This document shows positions 50,215 to 62,533 of a stretch of 64,000 nucleotides of DNA, piece after piece. Location of the stretch: positions 558,001-622,000 of the forward strand of contig CP142735.1 in the NCBI GenBank assembly GCA_036630325.1, given 5' to 3'. Origin of the DNA: Vairimorpha necatrix (lineage: Eukaryota). Position numbers and translations under genes: made by a program. The stretch's first letter is position 1. Every line of letters begins with the position of its first letter. The notes under the pieces were generated by a model. It worked only from the letters and a program-made list of their open reading frames with translations. It was not told where the DNA came from and did no database searches.

Positions 50215-52032
50215 TGTCAAGCGCCCAGGGCGCACGTGCGCCCAGCCCGCACAAAAACGAAGTTTTTGCCGGGTTCGAGCGCAGTGAGAACAATTTTTTT
50301 TTTCCGAAGGAAAATTAAGGAATAAAAAATAATAGATTTGTTTTACTTTAAAAAGATAATTAAATTGTTTAGATTTACAGAAGTTTTTTATTGCATGGGA
50401 ATATTTTTGATATTGGAATCTTTTTAAACTCAAGATAATATGTTGGGTTCGGGAATCCTTATAAGTAAAAGTACTGACAAAATATATAAACTAATTTTTT
50501 ATTTTTTTAATCAAATTTAAATCTACTATAACTTCATTTCCTTCTAAATTTAACTTTACTCGATTGTTAGATAAAATTTCTATTACTATAGACTCTTTAT
50601 GATAGAAAGATTCAAGTTTTTTTTTCTTAGTTTTTTTATTATTATCAAAATCTTTTTTCAATAAAATAGTATCACTTACTTCAAAATCATAAATAGAATT
50701 GTGTACCGCGCGTCTATCCATTCGTGCAAAGTATTTTTTTTGGTAACTCGAAAATACACAGTCTTCTTTAGATTTTTCTTCCTTTTTAACACAATCGATT
50801 TCATTATCAACAGACACAGGACATATTTCTCTATCTAACTCTAAAGACACTTTATTCTCAGGTTCTAAATTTTTACGAACTACTGTGTTGTAACCAGCTC
50901 TGTTAAACATTTTCTCAAATGGAGTAAAAGAAGTCGCAGAATGAACTGCTTGATTATAAACACTAGTAACCTTTTTTAGACAATCAATCCACCTTTCACT
51001 TCGTTCTGATGTTTCTTCGTCCATTAATTTTTTTGATAATAACCTTGTGATTGTTTGGTTAAACCGTTCCACCTGACCCTGTGTCTGTGGATGTCTAGGT
51101 CTCCCGTTTATTAGAAGGATTTTATATTTTGATGCAAGATCATACATCAATTTGTTCCTAAACTCCTTACCATTATCACTTTGAATGATCCCAGGTACAC
51201 CATAATGTTCAAATAAATCCTCCAAACACTCTATAACACACTCAGCTGTCTTACCTTTTAATGGATATGTTCTGGCAAATTTTGAATATACATCCAAAAT
51301 AGATAATATCCAGCAATACCCATCGTTAAACTCCTTGTATGATCTCATATCAATAAGATCTATCATTAGGCGTTCCCATGGAAATTCTGCTGTAATATGT
51401 TTCATTTTTTCCTTTGTCTTCAAAGGCTGACATTGAGCGCAAATTTTACATTCACGTACAACATCACGTATCAATTCCCTTGGGATTGAAAAATATAAAC
51501 ATTTACTTTTTAGGTATAGGGCATTCTGACCTAAATGCCCATCTACGTGAAGTTTTTGCATTTCTAACTTCATCGCACAAATATCCGTTTGTGCAAAAAC
51601 CTTTAAATGTAGATTGTCGATACCTCTTAAGTAAAGATGATTATCTACAATTGTAAAGTGTTCAGCCTTTTTCCTTAATCTCGCCAAAGAAAACCTCGAA
51701 ATATCTTTTACGACTTTGTTTTCTACAATAATATCTAGAATATTTTTATATTCTTCCGAGTTTTTCACAGGTAAGACCATTTGAGGGATGTTATGAAATA
51801 TTTTTTAAAATGGTGTTGTTTTTAACTTATTTATATTTTTAAGGTTTTTTTATAACTGAGTTTAGCTCAGCGGTCAGAAATTCTGAATCGAACTGGTCAA
51901 ATTTAAGAGGAAGAATTCGATCCCCGCGCGAGCCATTTTTCATAAGCACCCTTAAAAAAATGAAAAATGGCTCAAAAAGCGGGAATTGGGCCGTGTGCGG
52001 GCTGGGCGCACGTGCGCCCCGCGCGCGCGACA
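50215..52032 (-). mobile_element. Ginger (Ginger2/TDD-like) DNA transposon encoding a gypsy-like integrase
   Basis: TGT..ACA termini, 39-bp GC-rich TIRs (35/39 identical), 5-bp TSD ATAAA, and a single integrase ORF with no gag, RT or LTR. Confidence 0.9.
50491..51780 (-). CDS. Ginger transposase/integrase (429 aa, intact)
   Basis: HVDGH...CKIC zinc finger; MIDLIDM, IQSDNGKEF, QGQVERFNQT DDE core; CCC before the ATG. Confidence 0.92.
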   Translation of the reverse strand: MVLPVKNSEEYKNILDIIVENKVVKDISRFSLARLRKKAEHFTIVDNHLYLRGIDNLHLKVFAQTDICAMKLEMQKLHVDGHLGQNALYLKSKCLYFSIPRELIRDVVRECKICAQCQPLKTKEKMKHITAEFPWERLMIDLIDMRSYKEFNDGYCWILSILDVYSKFARTYPLKGKTAECVIECLEDLFEHYGVPGIIQSDNGKEFRNKLMYDLASKYKILLINGRPRHPQTQGQVERFNQTITRLLSKKLMDEETSERSERWIDCLKKVTSVYNQAVHSATSFTPFEKMFNRAGYNTVVRKNLEPENKVSLELDREICPVSVDNEIDCVKKEEKSKEDCVFSSYQKKYFARMDRRAVHNSIYDFEVSDTILLKKDFDNNKKTKKKKLESFYHKESIVIEILSNNRVKLNLEGNEVIVDLNLIKKIKN

Positions 52033-52413
52033 ATAAATAAATGGTTAACATAGACTATAAAATACCGTAGATTGATAAAAAGGTAAAATTTTGAATTCAT
52101 AAAAAACATCAATAATAGAATTTGTCATTATATTATCTGATATTACAACATTTTAAATTTTGATTTGTTGGTTTAATATTTTTGATGTTTTTTTTCAAAT
52201 AAATTCATGTGACATATTAATTAGTGCCCATGAAGATATAATCTGACACAAAGAATCATATGTATTAATAAGCACTTAATTCTGCTTAATTTAACATTAA
52301 AGCCATCTCTTGACTATTGTTGCAAAATTAATATCCATATTTTAACGACTAAAAAATATTGATATTTTTTAATAATATAATAAATTTTATTACAACAATT
52401 GTTACAAATAAAT

Positions 52414-52638
52414 GAATTTAATTAGGGTATGCTTATTGTAATTTATATTTTTTGTTTAACAAAAATGAGTTCCGCGTTAGCGTCTCCTGCTTGTAGGTAA
52501 CTTCTCGTCGCCATAGCCTTTACACATCGGCTTCGTATCCTCTCCTTCGGTAGTCCAGAGAAATGCTTTCTGGCGTCTTCTTTGGCGTGATCATCTTGAT
52601 GTACGCTTCTACCTTATAAGAAATTCCAAGTCCTGTGG
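52414..52638 (-). mobile_element. 5'-truncated RLE non-LTR retrotransposon insertion with TSD
   Basis: GLGISYKVEAYIKMITPKKTPESISLDYRRRG, similar to 7172-7361. Flanked by CAATTGTTACAAATAAAT (52396-52413) and CAATTGTTACAAACAGAT (52639-52656). Confidence 0.8.
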
Positions 52639-54101
52639 CAATTGTTACAAACAGATATATAAAAATATCTTTGTCATAAAAACATTTATTCCAACAAATA
52701 TAACTAAATTTTTTTAGGCGTATCTTTTAATATAGGAAACATAAAATTGCATCTGCCAAAAACAGTAAGTCTAAAATTAGGAAGATAGTTCTGACCGTAT
52801 TAATAGAATAAACACGAGACTGATGAAGAGCATGTAATAGAATATCAAAACTAGATACTTTTGGTACGAATATCAAAAAAATTAATCTAATTTATAAAAT
52901 ATAATTAAAAGTTGATCCCCGATAATTATCTTATGCTGGGGTTGTCATAGATATGTAATCTTACAATTAGCTTTCTCTTGTGCACTTCTACTAGATGAAG
53001 TCCTCTTCTACTAAATTGTCTTCCCACACTCTTTAAAGATTCGCGACACACTTCAATTAGAAAAAATAGATGGGGCTGTTTCTTCAAGATTATTAATGCG
53101 AAAAAATACAATTTTTGTAGATTATAGCATATTCTGTAATTATATTGGCTAATATGTATATCACTACACTTCATCTCTTGCGTAGATTTATATAGAATTT
53201 ATACACCTTCTGAAAATATTATATTAATTCAGTAGCTTTGTAAATATTTAATAGTGTTTATTAGTTTAAAAGATCTTTGTTTGAGATGAAAAAAGTTATG
53301 TCTTAACATTGTCCGTCATTCGGCTTTCATCTATATTTTTTCCGCTTTTTACAAAATAAAATTCCACACAAATAATCGATTATTTTGTCATAAACAAACA
53401 TAACTTTACTTCTTTGTGTATTTACGTAAATATTTCTTCTTACCCTTTGCTCCAAAAAGAAGCTAAAATTTTATTATTTTTGAAGAAAGGAACAAAATAC
53501 ATATGTGTATTCATGATCCCTTGTCTTTATGTGATTTAACTTGCTTTAAGTCCTCAATAAATACTATCTTTTCTCGAAATTATATTTGCTACTACTTTAT
53601 AGATTTGAAGAATGTCTTGTTTTTTAATATAATTCGACCAATATAATATTCCCCTTATATATATTACCAGGGGTTTTGAATTATAATATCCACCCCAAGG
53701 GTTATTTTACTAATTTTTATACTAGTAGAAGAGATCCACCTTATAGCAAATGTTAAAACTTTTAAAAAAAAGAAACCCTTTAATTTAAAATACGCTTTAA
53801 TTTTCCTAGTAATCTGCAACTCGAAAGCAGTCATACTATGTTGCCATTGTTTTCACGCAATTTTTGTAATCCTCCTAATTTTTCTTTTAGCAAGTGAAAT
53901 TTTTTTTCATGAGGGCAAAGGTCGAAAAAATTTTAAAGAAATTTCAAATATTTAATATCAATAGAAATGATATATGCTCTTTTTATTGGTGGATCTTATA
54001 ACCCGGAAACCCAGTACAACTTTTTAATAATAAATAAATTTTTCAGCATTGTAATTAAAACTTTCAAATTTCTTAAAAAAAAATAAGTAATTATATTTCG
54101 T

Positions 54102-55198
54102 GGTGCTTCTTTGGTATGCGATCGGACACCAAGACTCCCCCCTTGTAAAGGAAAAAAATATGAAAAAACGTCAAAAAATACTTAAAATTTGATTTAATTG
54201 AGTAAATTATATAATAAATCATCATAGGAGTCGTAAAACTCCTCTAAATTGTCCTCTCTACTAAACTTTTCCTAAATATAAATTCATTGAGCCATGAACC
54301 AATTTCATTACGCTTAACTCCATGTTCTTTGGTCATTTCAAATTTGGGCTGCGACCATACATTCTCAATGTTATTGGTATGAGTACCATCTGCAGATTTA
54401 ACCCCGATAGAGTGGTTTAATACCTTATGTTCAAGACAAAGATTTTGTGCTACACTTAGATAACTCTGATGACCATTTCTATGTAAAATCGAACCAACGC
54501 CTATTTTACCTTCTAGAGCAACTGTTAAACACCCGACTTTCCTATTATCCACCACTGTAATGTAAAAGTTCGTAGGATTTGATGCTTCTACTATGCCTAG
54601 TATCCAAACAGTATCAGGGATTATATCATTACAACTGGATGCATTTCTTATTTTACCTCTTCTACAAATTACAGACTCATCAACTTGGACAATTTTTCCT
54701 GGTCCACAATAATAAGCCTCTTAGACATTTTGTTTTTAAAATTTCTCTAATTCTTTTTTTTGCATCGGAAACTGTCGATTAAGAAACTCCTAGTTTTACC
54801 TCTAAGGTAAAATAACTACTCCTACACAAAATTAAAAATATTAATTCACAAAAATTATATAAAGGTAAATTGCTTCATTTGTTAATTGATTCTTTAGCAC
54901 TGCATTTATATTTAGCACCCCTGTATTTCACTCTTTTAACCTCTTTCTCCTTAAATAATACAACATTTAAAATCTCATTGCATTTAAAGCACGTCTTTTA
55001 CTCTTTCGAGACTTCTAACTCAAGTAATGAGTTTAAACAGTCGTCAATACCATAGAAAAGCCTTTGTTTTGCCTTTATTTTGATTTTCGTGCTTTTCTTT
55101 GGTATGCGATCAGAAATTTTAAAGTCATTATTTTTCATTTTTAGGGGGTCTGAATTTTTTTTTAAAAAAAAATTCTGATCGCATACCAAAGAAGCACC
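54102..55198 (-). mobile_element. Merlin/IS1595-superfamily DNA transposon with disrupted transposase
   Basis: TIR GGTGCTTCTTTGGTATGCGATC; 8-bp TSD TATTTCGT (54094-54101, 55199-55206). Motifs GPGKIVQVDESVICRR and LNHS..DGTHTNNIENVWS. ATG at 55138 after CCCCC. Confidence 0.93.
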
Positions 55199-56199
55199 TA
55201 TTTCGTAGTGTGGTATCCCACATGTCAAACATATCATTTTTGACATTTCTTGATTTGTTTACCCTGTAAACAAACAATAAAAAATTATAAAAGAAAATTC
55301 CATACTTAGGGGTATGAAAGATATAAGAAATAAACATTATAGGTTTAACTTATCTTTATTGGAGTTGTACTTCCGCAGGAGGTACGACACGTAGTTATTT
55401 TTTGACAAGAATTCTCTTTATAATTTATTTTTTTTATCGTAGACATTTATTTAAAGCATCATAATACAGATTTCGCTTTTTATCTCAATTGGTTTTCTAT
55501 GATATACTTTAAACGTTTGTCAAAAAATTTGCTAATTGCTTATTCAATCCATTTATGATTTTTAACGCTAACAATAAACTGTAATCATTATCATCTTACA
55601 TGAAATTATGTAATATCTCATATATTTGGTTTGATTGTAAGAAAATCTTTATTTTATGAATATTTTATTGCTTATACTTAGTAATTCTTCATGCTAACTA
55701 TCTTTATTGAAATTGTTATCAAATTAAATTAATTTGATCATAATTAAAAGTATGAAAGATTATTGTATCTTATATACGAATTATATTTTTAAAATAATGT
55801 AGTAATTTCTGATAGAATGGTCTAAGATCATACATTTAACTCCTGATGGCTGCAAATAAATCGAGACTATATATTAATAATGATATGTCGGTTTTTTGCA
55901 ATAAGTTATAAGGTGTAATGACCAAATGTTACACGGAATACGACAGAGATACAAGAGTGATTCATTTTTCGAGCCGTAAATCTCTCTTTGTTACTATAGT
56001 GAACCAAAGTTTCTATCTAGTTGCAATACAAAAGGTGATTGACCAAGAATATACTTCATGATATAAGTAAGTATAAAAATAAGTACACCATAAGGTTTCT
56101 TTTTTAAAAAAGAGCATCATCAAAAGGAGAAGCTATTAACTATATAGAGCTATAAAATATAAAAAAACACACAGTATTCAAGAACAGTAATAATAAATC

Positions 56200-58170
56200 C
56201 AAAAAGACAAAGAGAATAATTGTTTTATTTTAAATTTAAATGATACGAAAACAAAAAATACAAATGAAAAGACCCTTGAATTTGTTTCTTTATTAGTAAA
56301 AAATTGATAATCAATATTAAGGTGAATATTCTAATCCGATGTCAATAGTATAGTCATTTGACATTTCTAAAAAATAAATTTTTTAAATTGCAAAATATAC
56401 AAAAAATTATTGATTTGATCTATTATGCCACTATAAATTTACAAAGTTATTTTCAAGGCCCAAAAAAAAGGTGTTAACCGCTTTTTTTATATTTTTGTGA
56501 TGTTATAGATGTTTATTCAAAAATAAATGGTAGATACGTAACAATTATTAGATCTTTATCTGGAAATATAGAATTCGGGAAACATATAACAACACTTGGC
56601 TTAGAGAATAGATAAAACACAATATCTGCGAAAGCTTATTAGGGATATTTATAAAAACGATGAAACTTTTGCCAAGATATTGTCCAATAAAAGAGAAAGA
56701 GATATAGAAGATTAATGATTAAAAATATATGTGTCTACATGATTATAAATATTATCCTAAGATGTATATTTATGAACACATGGATATTATATGTTACGTG
56801 GATAAACTTAAAGTATAAATTGGGCGCAGAAAAGATCGACAAAGTACTAACAAGCTGTATCTCATAAAAAATACATTTCGATGAAAAATTTACTTAAAAT
56901 GAGTGCAAAAAGCTTTATTCATATTAAATTCTTAATAATATAGAAATATCAATTTTAGATGAACCTGCAACAGGCCTAGATTTATATATAAATTTAGATA
57001 TTTCTTGTATGCTAAAAAATACGTCATAGATTAATTTAAAGGTTATATGCATAATTAATGACTTCAATTACAAACTATTTCGATATTCAGAAGACACAAT
57101 CGTCACTGTTTAATTAGGTGTATTGTTGTAGATTTATATAGTTAATTACAACCCTTTTAGATGGAAAACTGTATCGCGACCAAACCAAAATATTTGTTTT
57201 CAAATTTTTTTTGGGTTAATATACACACATTCTATTGATAAAACACCTAAAAAATAAAGCCAGAATGTACAAAATATAATTAAAAAACGCATGGTAATTT
57301 TGTACCTAAAGTATTCATAATTACATGCAATTTTTTTTCTACATAGAAAACGATAGAGCACAGAGTAAAAAATCCAACGACCCGGAAAAAAGCTGTCAAA
57401 TAGTGTTATAGGTTCTTAGTTAATATTTTAATACTTTTTCTTTCTTTTGTTAAAATATTTAAGCATAAACTTCTTGATAATTTGAAATTATACGCATGAA
57501 GATGCTTTTAGTAATAGTTTTAATATAGTTATCAAGTGTATTGTTGTACTTCGTATACAACGATGTTCTATTCATTTATTATTATACTAGCATTTTTTGA
57601 TTCATTTGCTTATGAATATTTAGAAGGTTGTTATACCTTTGGGACATATTTTTGGCTAGATCTATTATCCGATTAGAAATTATATATTTTATCGTTAGCT
57701 CTTATTTTGTATGGAATTCTTTGTTAAATTATGTATCAACCATTACTCATACTAGTTGTCAGTATTTCACTATCATAAATATACATTTGCTTACTTTTAT
57801 AGGCCAAAAATAGTAAATAATGTGTTTTTTGTCTTACATTCTTATTATATACTAATAGTTATATTTAACTGAATAAACTGGTTCACATCGATACCTATTA
57901 ATCAAAATTCACCATGTTTTTTTTTAGATTTTTGCATTAAAATGCTTATTTTAGCAGAAAAAATAAAAAACGAGTAGTACAATATGACATATTAAATATT
58001 AACAATGCAAAATTAATCTAAGGACTAGAATCACATAAAAGTATTTAAAAAGATCTCGCCAAATGTTCGGAATTAATTGCTATTTTAAATATGCGTGCGC
58101 CTTGTTTTTTATGCTAATATTGAAATTTTGTTCAAAGAAGATTTAGAATTCACAACATGAGTGTTTAATT
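56200..58170 (+). pseudogene. ABCG transporter pseudogene (paralog of 62534-64000)
   Basis: ISILDEPATGLDLYINLDISCMLKN, YEYLEGCYTFGTYF and RFRIHNM align by eye with the minus-strand ABCG. Many stops and frameshifts; 5' boundary approximate. Confidence 0.85.
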
Positions 58171-58479
58171 TTTATATAAATTATGAATTTATGAAGTTAA
58201 ACAGTATATATACAATTATAGTCTGAATTTCAAGTAAATTCGAAAATATTATTTATAAAATTGAGGTTATAATGATATAAAATATCTATGATAGAATAAG
58301 TGTACATTTCATAACATATATTATTTTAGTATCTGATCACAAGGAACCCACTTTGAAAAAATAAAGGAGTGTAAAAATAAAAAAATTACAAAAAAAGGAG
58401 ACTTTTGATTTATTCGAAAATATGAGAGAAGATTTTTTAAACTTAAATTTTTCGAAATTTTATATGTACATATGAACTG

Positions 58480-59260
58480 TTTTAGGTGCTATATAGTCAT
58501 AGTCAGCCTTATTCCTTGTCTAGATCAAACATCTCTCTTGGAAACAGACCACCCCCATTAAGTGAATGGGTATGTGTTTCGGGATCGATAAGACTCGAAG
58601 TTTATGGAGCAATTCTTAGCCCTGTGCTTCGTTTTTGGAAAATGTGAAATGCAGCATCATATACCTTCTATTGATTAGTATCACAAGTTAACCGAAAAAT
58701 ACAATATTTTGTATTGCCCTAAGGCGAGCAGTATTTATTCTAGCTAAAAAAAAAAGTCACTTTTAGAACCTCTTTTTATACCTCCTACATACCATTGACC
58801 TATGGTAGGATTGCCCTGACTATATTTGGAGCGGAAGAATAGACTTTCGTCGATATCGACTTTTTAGGGGTGCAAAACTCATCACGACCTCCTAATCGCT
58901 GACTATTATCAGTCACTTCCCCGATTATGTGATTTTTGTAGAGCAAAACATATGTAATTCGAGATTCTGTCTAGTACAAAATCATTTGCATTATCGAGGA
59001 AGGACCTTTTATTGATATACTTATATATAATCTTTTAATTTTCCAAAAACTTACTGTTTTCAATAAGAAGTCTCCTTTCAACAAAATTTTATTAACTATA
59101 AAAAGTTTTATAAAGTTCCAAACATAGTTGTATACTGGTCTTATTCTTCTAACTAACCTCATTGACCCTTAAAAGTTCCATGCATATGTAAAAAAGCTGT
59201 TTTTATCAAGGACTTGCGTGCCAGAAAGGTACATGCCGATTCAGTATCATTAGATGTTTC
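58480..59260 (-). mobile_element. Degenerate Merlin transposase relic
   Basis: RLGGRDE..KKVDIDESLFFRSKYSQG...GQWYVGGIKRGSK and DPETHTH. No TIR/TSD recognised. Confidence 0.75.
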
Positions 59261-62200
59261 TAATTCAAATTTAAACACTAAAAAGGTTTTTGTTATGACA
59301 AATTTTGTTTTTTTTTAATAAAGTAAGGTGATTTATTCGAGCATATGAATGAAAATAGAAGATTAGAACCTAAAATTGGGAAATTAAAACTTGGGAAAAA
59401 ATTATCAAATGATGAATTTTTTTTATCCCTATTGTTTTAGGTCTAAAATTTATACACTACTTGTTTTATGCATATTTTTTCAGTAGAGTGTCAAATCTAA
59501 ACATAATAAAAGGTATCGACTGCTATAAATGCGTATAGTATATGGTTATACATTTTACATGGTTGTTTTTGTAAAGCTTAGTTATAAAATCTGTCATAAG
59601 CGCTAGTTAGAATTTATTTAACACTAAATAAAATTTTACAAACATAACAATCTAAAAATAAAAAATTTGAACAACTTTAAATGCGAACAATATAACTTGA
59701 AAATTTCTGAAAATATGATGTTAAATTTGTTAGCTATTTTTATAAGAATAAAATATTTAATTACTTATAATGTGTTTTTTGTAATGTTTTTTCCTTCAAA
59801 TTCTTTCTTTTTTTGTCCAAAATATAAATTAAAAAGATAAAATGCAAACACAATCATATAAATTCTGTTTTAACGAAAAAACACATGGAATTTATTTATA
59901 AAAATAAAGGGATGGTAATTTAGAATAGAAGCAAAAGTTCAGCTACGCCGGTCAACACCAATAAAGACTCAAACAAGTCAAAGAGCCGAAAATAAAAAAA
60001 TGTGTGAAGCACATTTTAAAACTGTCAATTTATCTTAATAAGCATGAGCCTCTAAATGCACAGTCGAGTCTTTTATATCAATATGGTAATTGAAATAAAT
60101 ACTTTTTATTTATACCTTAATATTTAATAACTTTTTTACCTTGAAATGCCCATATACCTTCGTACGATTATTTATCAATTACAAGAACCTACGATTTAAA
60201 AGGTCTAAAGAAATTTTTTCTATCGTTTATGGATGATAAAACAATATACTAATTTTCATATTAAATTCTTTTACGTTGTAGTTCTGATTGCATTTCCTGG
60301 CGCAACGGCTCGAGTCTGAACCCTTTTCTTGTCATAATAGGACCTAAGATAGAAACAAAAAAATATAAAATCAGTTTTTTCATAAAAAAAATAGAATTGA
60401 ATTGAAAGATCAGTGTAGCTCGCGATATATTTAAAAATTGCACATTTTTTAGTCGTTTAAATTCTTCCAAAAAATCAGGGATCACATTTTGCTTACCTCA
60501 CTTTAAAAAACAATTTCAAATTTAAGATGTAACCAGATTTCTAATATAAACTTAGATATCTTTTCTGCTTCATTACTAAAGCCTTCATCAAAAATAAAAT
60601 TTTTATGTCTGCTTTTGATAGATTAGAATGCTTTTAGATGGGATTTTTGCCAATCATTACACAAGTTGTTTTATTTTTTGTTTACTTCATAAGAATCCTG
60701 TGATTGTAGATACAGAAACGTTCGTTCTTTTTAGATTCTTAGTTCTAATATTCTTCCACCTGGTGTCTTAATAAAATACAAAATTTGAACTTTGTCATAT
60801 TTTCCTATTGGTGATTTGACAAATTCCTTATAAAATTCCTGTTTTATCGGTCTGCTTTCATTTTCAAACTCTCTTGTTTTGTTTTGGTGCTAAGATTTTC
60901 CTTTCTTGGTGCTTAAATAAAATATTTTCCAACCCCTAAAGAAACTTATGCTGACAAACGAAATTTTTGTTTAGCTTTACTTTAGATTTTTTTTTCAGTA
61001 AATAAATCAAGAAAAACGAATAACTATTCATAAATACTCGTAAAAAAATAGAGCTTCTAACCCCCCCCCCGTATTGAATTTTCATATCCATCATATTTAA
61101 ACTGTAGAAGTCAATGTATGAGTTATCCAAATTTTATACCATGATTCCGAACATCTCCGACATTCTCTCGTTGTTTTAGTAGATTACAGTCACTAGCCTA
61201 CATATTGCCTCATGTGAATTTTGGAAAATTGTCGCTACTTTCGAAAGCCTAACCATGCTGCAAAAATAAAATCTTTTTTTTGAAAATCATCTAAAAGTAA
61301 AAATTTTAAGACACAAAAAAATTTTATTTTGAATGAATTTATAACAAATTTATAAAATTTCGATTTTTAAATATAATTGACCATTAATATTTACTCATTT
61401 TGAGGTCTGAGCCCGGAATCAATACGTGAAAAATAGGGAAAGCCGGGCTCGGCCCGTTACACCTGGCTCTTAAAAAATGATACTTTCTGATTTTTAATCA
61501 TTAAAACTTACGTAGTATGATTTCCGTACATTAAACTCCGCCATATTTAAATGACAAAGGCCACAAAAGATTTCCCATCTATATATAACCTGCAAAAAAG
61601 TGATCTACAAAGATATATTTTTTGGAAAGATTTTAAATAATCTGGAAAAGAAGATGATAACTAGGCAATGTCCCTACAATCATTCGTATCGCACGTACAG
61701 CCCATTACAATGCCCATACCAGCTCGGCATTTTATTGGACCGTGTTGCCCTCTACTTTTTTACCCGTTTCAGCAACTGTTTTATAAAATCCCTCAAGACA
61801 TGTTCACGTGACCTCTATCGCTCTACTTCCTTAAGTCTCTTAGGTAGGCCTAAGATCCCACCCTAAAGTGCATCGGCCATGGGTTACAAATGGGCTATAC
61901 CCAACAGATACTTTTATGTGCTATTAAGTCCACACAATTGAGATACTGTTTTATTTTCTTAAGATGTATTTTTTTAATAAATGCTAATTAAGTTTCGATG
62001 GACGCACATAAGTTTCTGTGGATTAACATGGTGATTATCGTGGGCATATTCATCATCTAAGTTGTTCAGACTGCATCATAGAAAGAAACTTTTTTTATGC
62101 ACCTAAGATTTAAATCAGCAATACCCAATCGTGAGCTCTGCCTTCGGCCACTGAGCCGAAAGCACCTTATATCTATAAGGCAGTGGTTGATCATCATGGA

Positions 62201-62533
62201 TACTACATAGTGTAATTTTGTTTTAGCCACTAGGCATTTATCATTTCTTATATGTATATAAAATCTTAATAAATTTAATATCTCTTCGTTACATTTGAAT
62301 ATTTGGTCTATCAACGTAAAAAAAAATAGTGAAAATAATATATAAAGACAATATCGATAACATTTTTTAAAATCGATACGAATAGATTGGCATGCTAAAT
62401 TGGTCATCATTGTAAAATAATCACAACCAATATGACACAATTTTTTTTGAAATAACAAAACTATTAAACAAATACTAATGATATGAATTATAAATAATTT
62501 AACATTATAAATCGCTAATGAAAAAAAGTTCTT

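Larger units (their letters stand above)
48446..52050 (+). mobile_element. Internally deleted Ty3/gypsy LTR retrotransposon with 38-bp LTRs; 3' LTR interrupted by a Ginger-like element
   Basis: TSD TAGAC (48441-48445, 52051-52055). 5' LTR TGTAGGGTTTAGAACCCTTAATAAATAAATGGTTAACA at 48446-48483, then PBS TGGCGAACAC. PPT GGAGGGGGGA before the 3' LTR, which is split into 50190-50214 and 52038-52050. RT thumb, RNase H and integrase coding present. Confidence 0.93.

Noticed and set aside
53670-54012. Degenerate inverted repeats (TTATAATATCCACC / GGTGGATCTTATAA)
   Set aside because: Possibly an old MITE, but the ends are ambiguous and there is no convincing TSD.
61650-61910. Superficial resemblance of the minus strand to LSU rRNA domain I
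   Set aside because: Conserved rRNA blocks such as ACCGATAGCGAACAAGTA are not matched, and there is no flanking rDNA.
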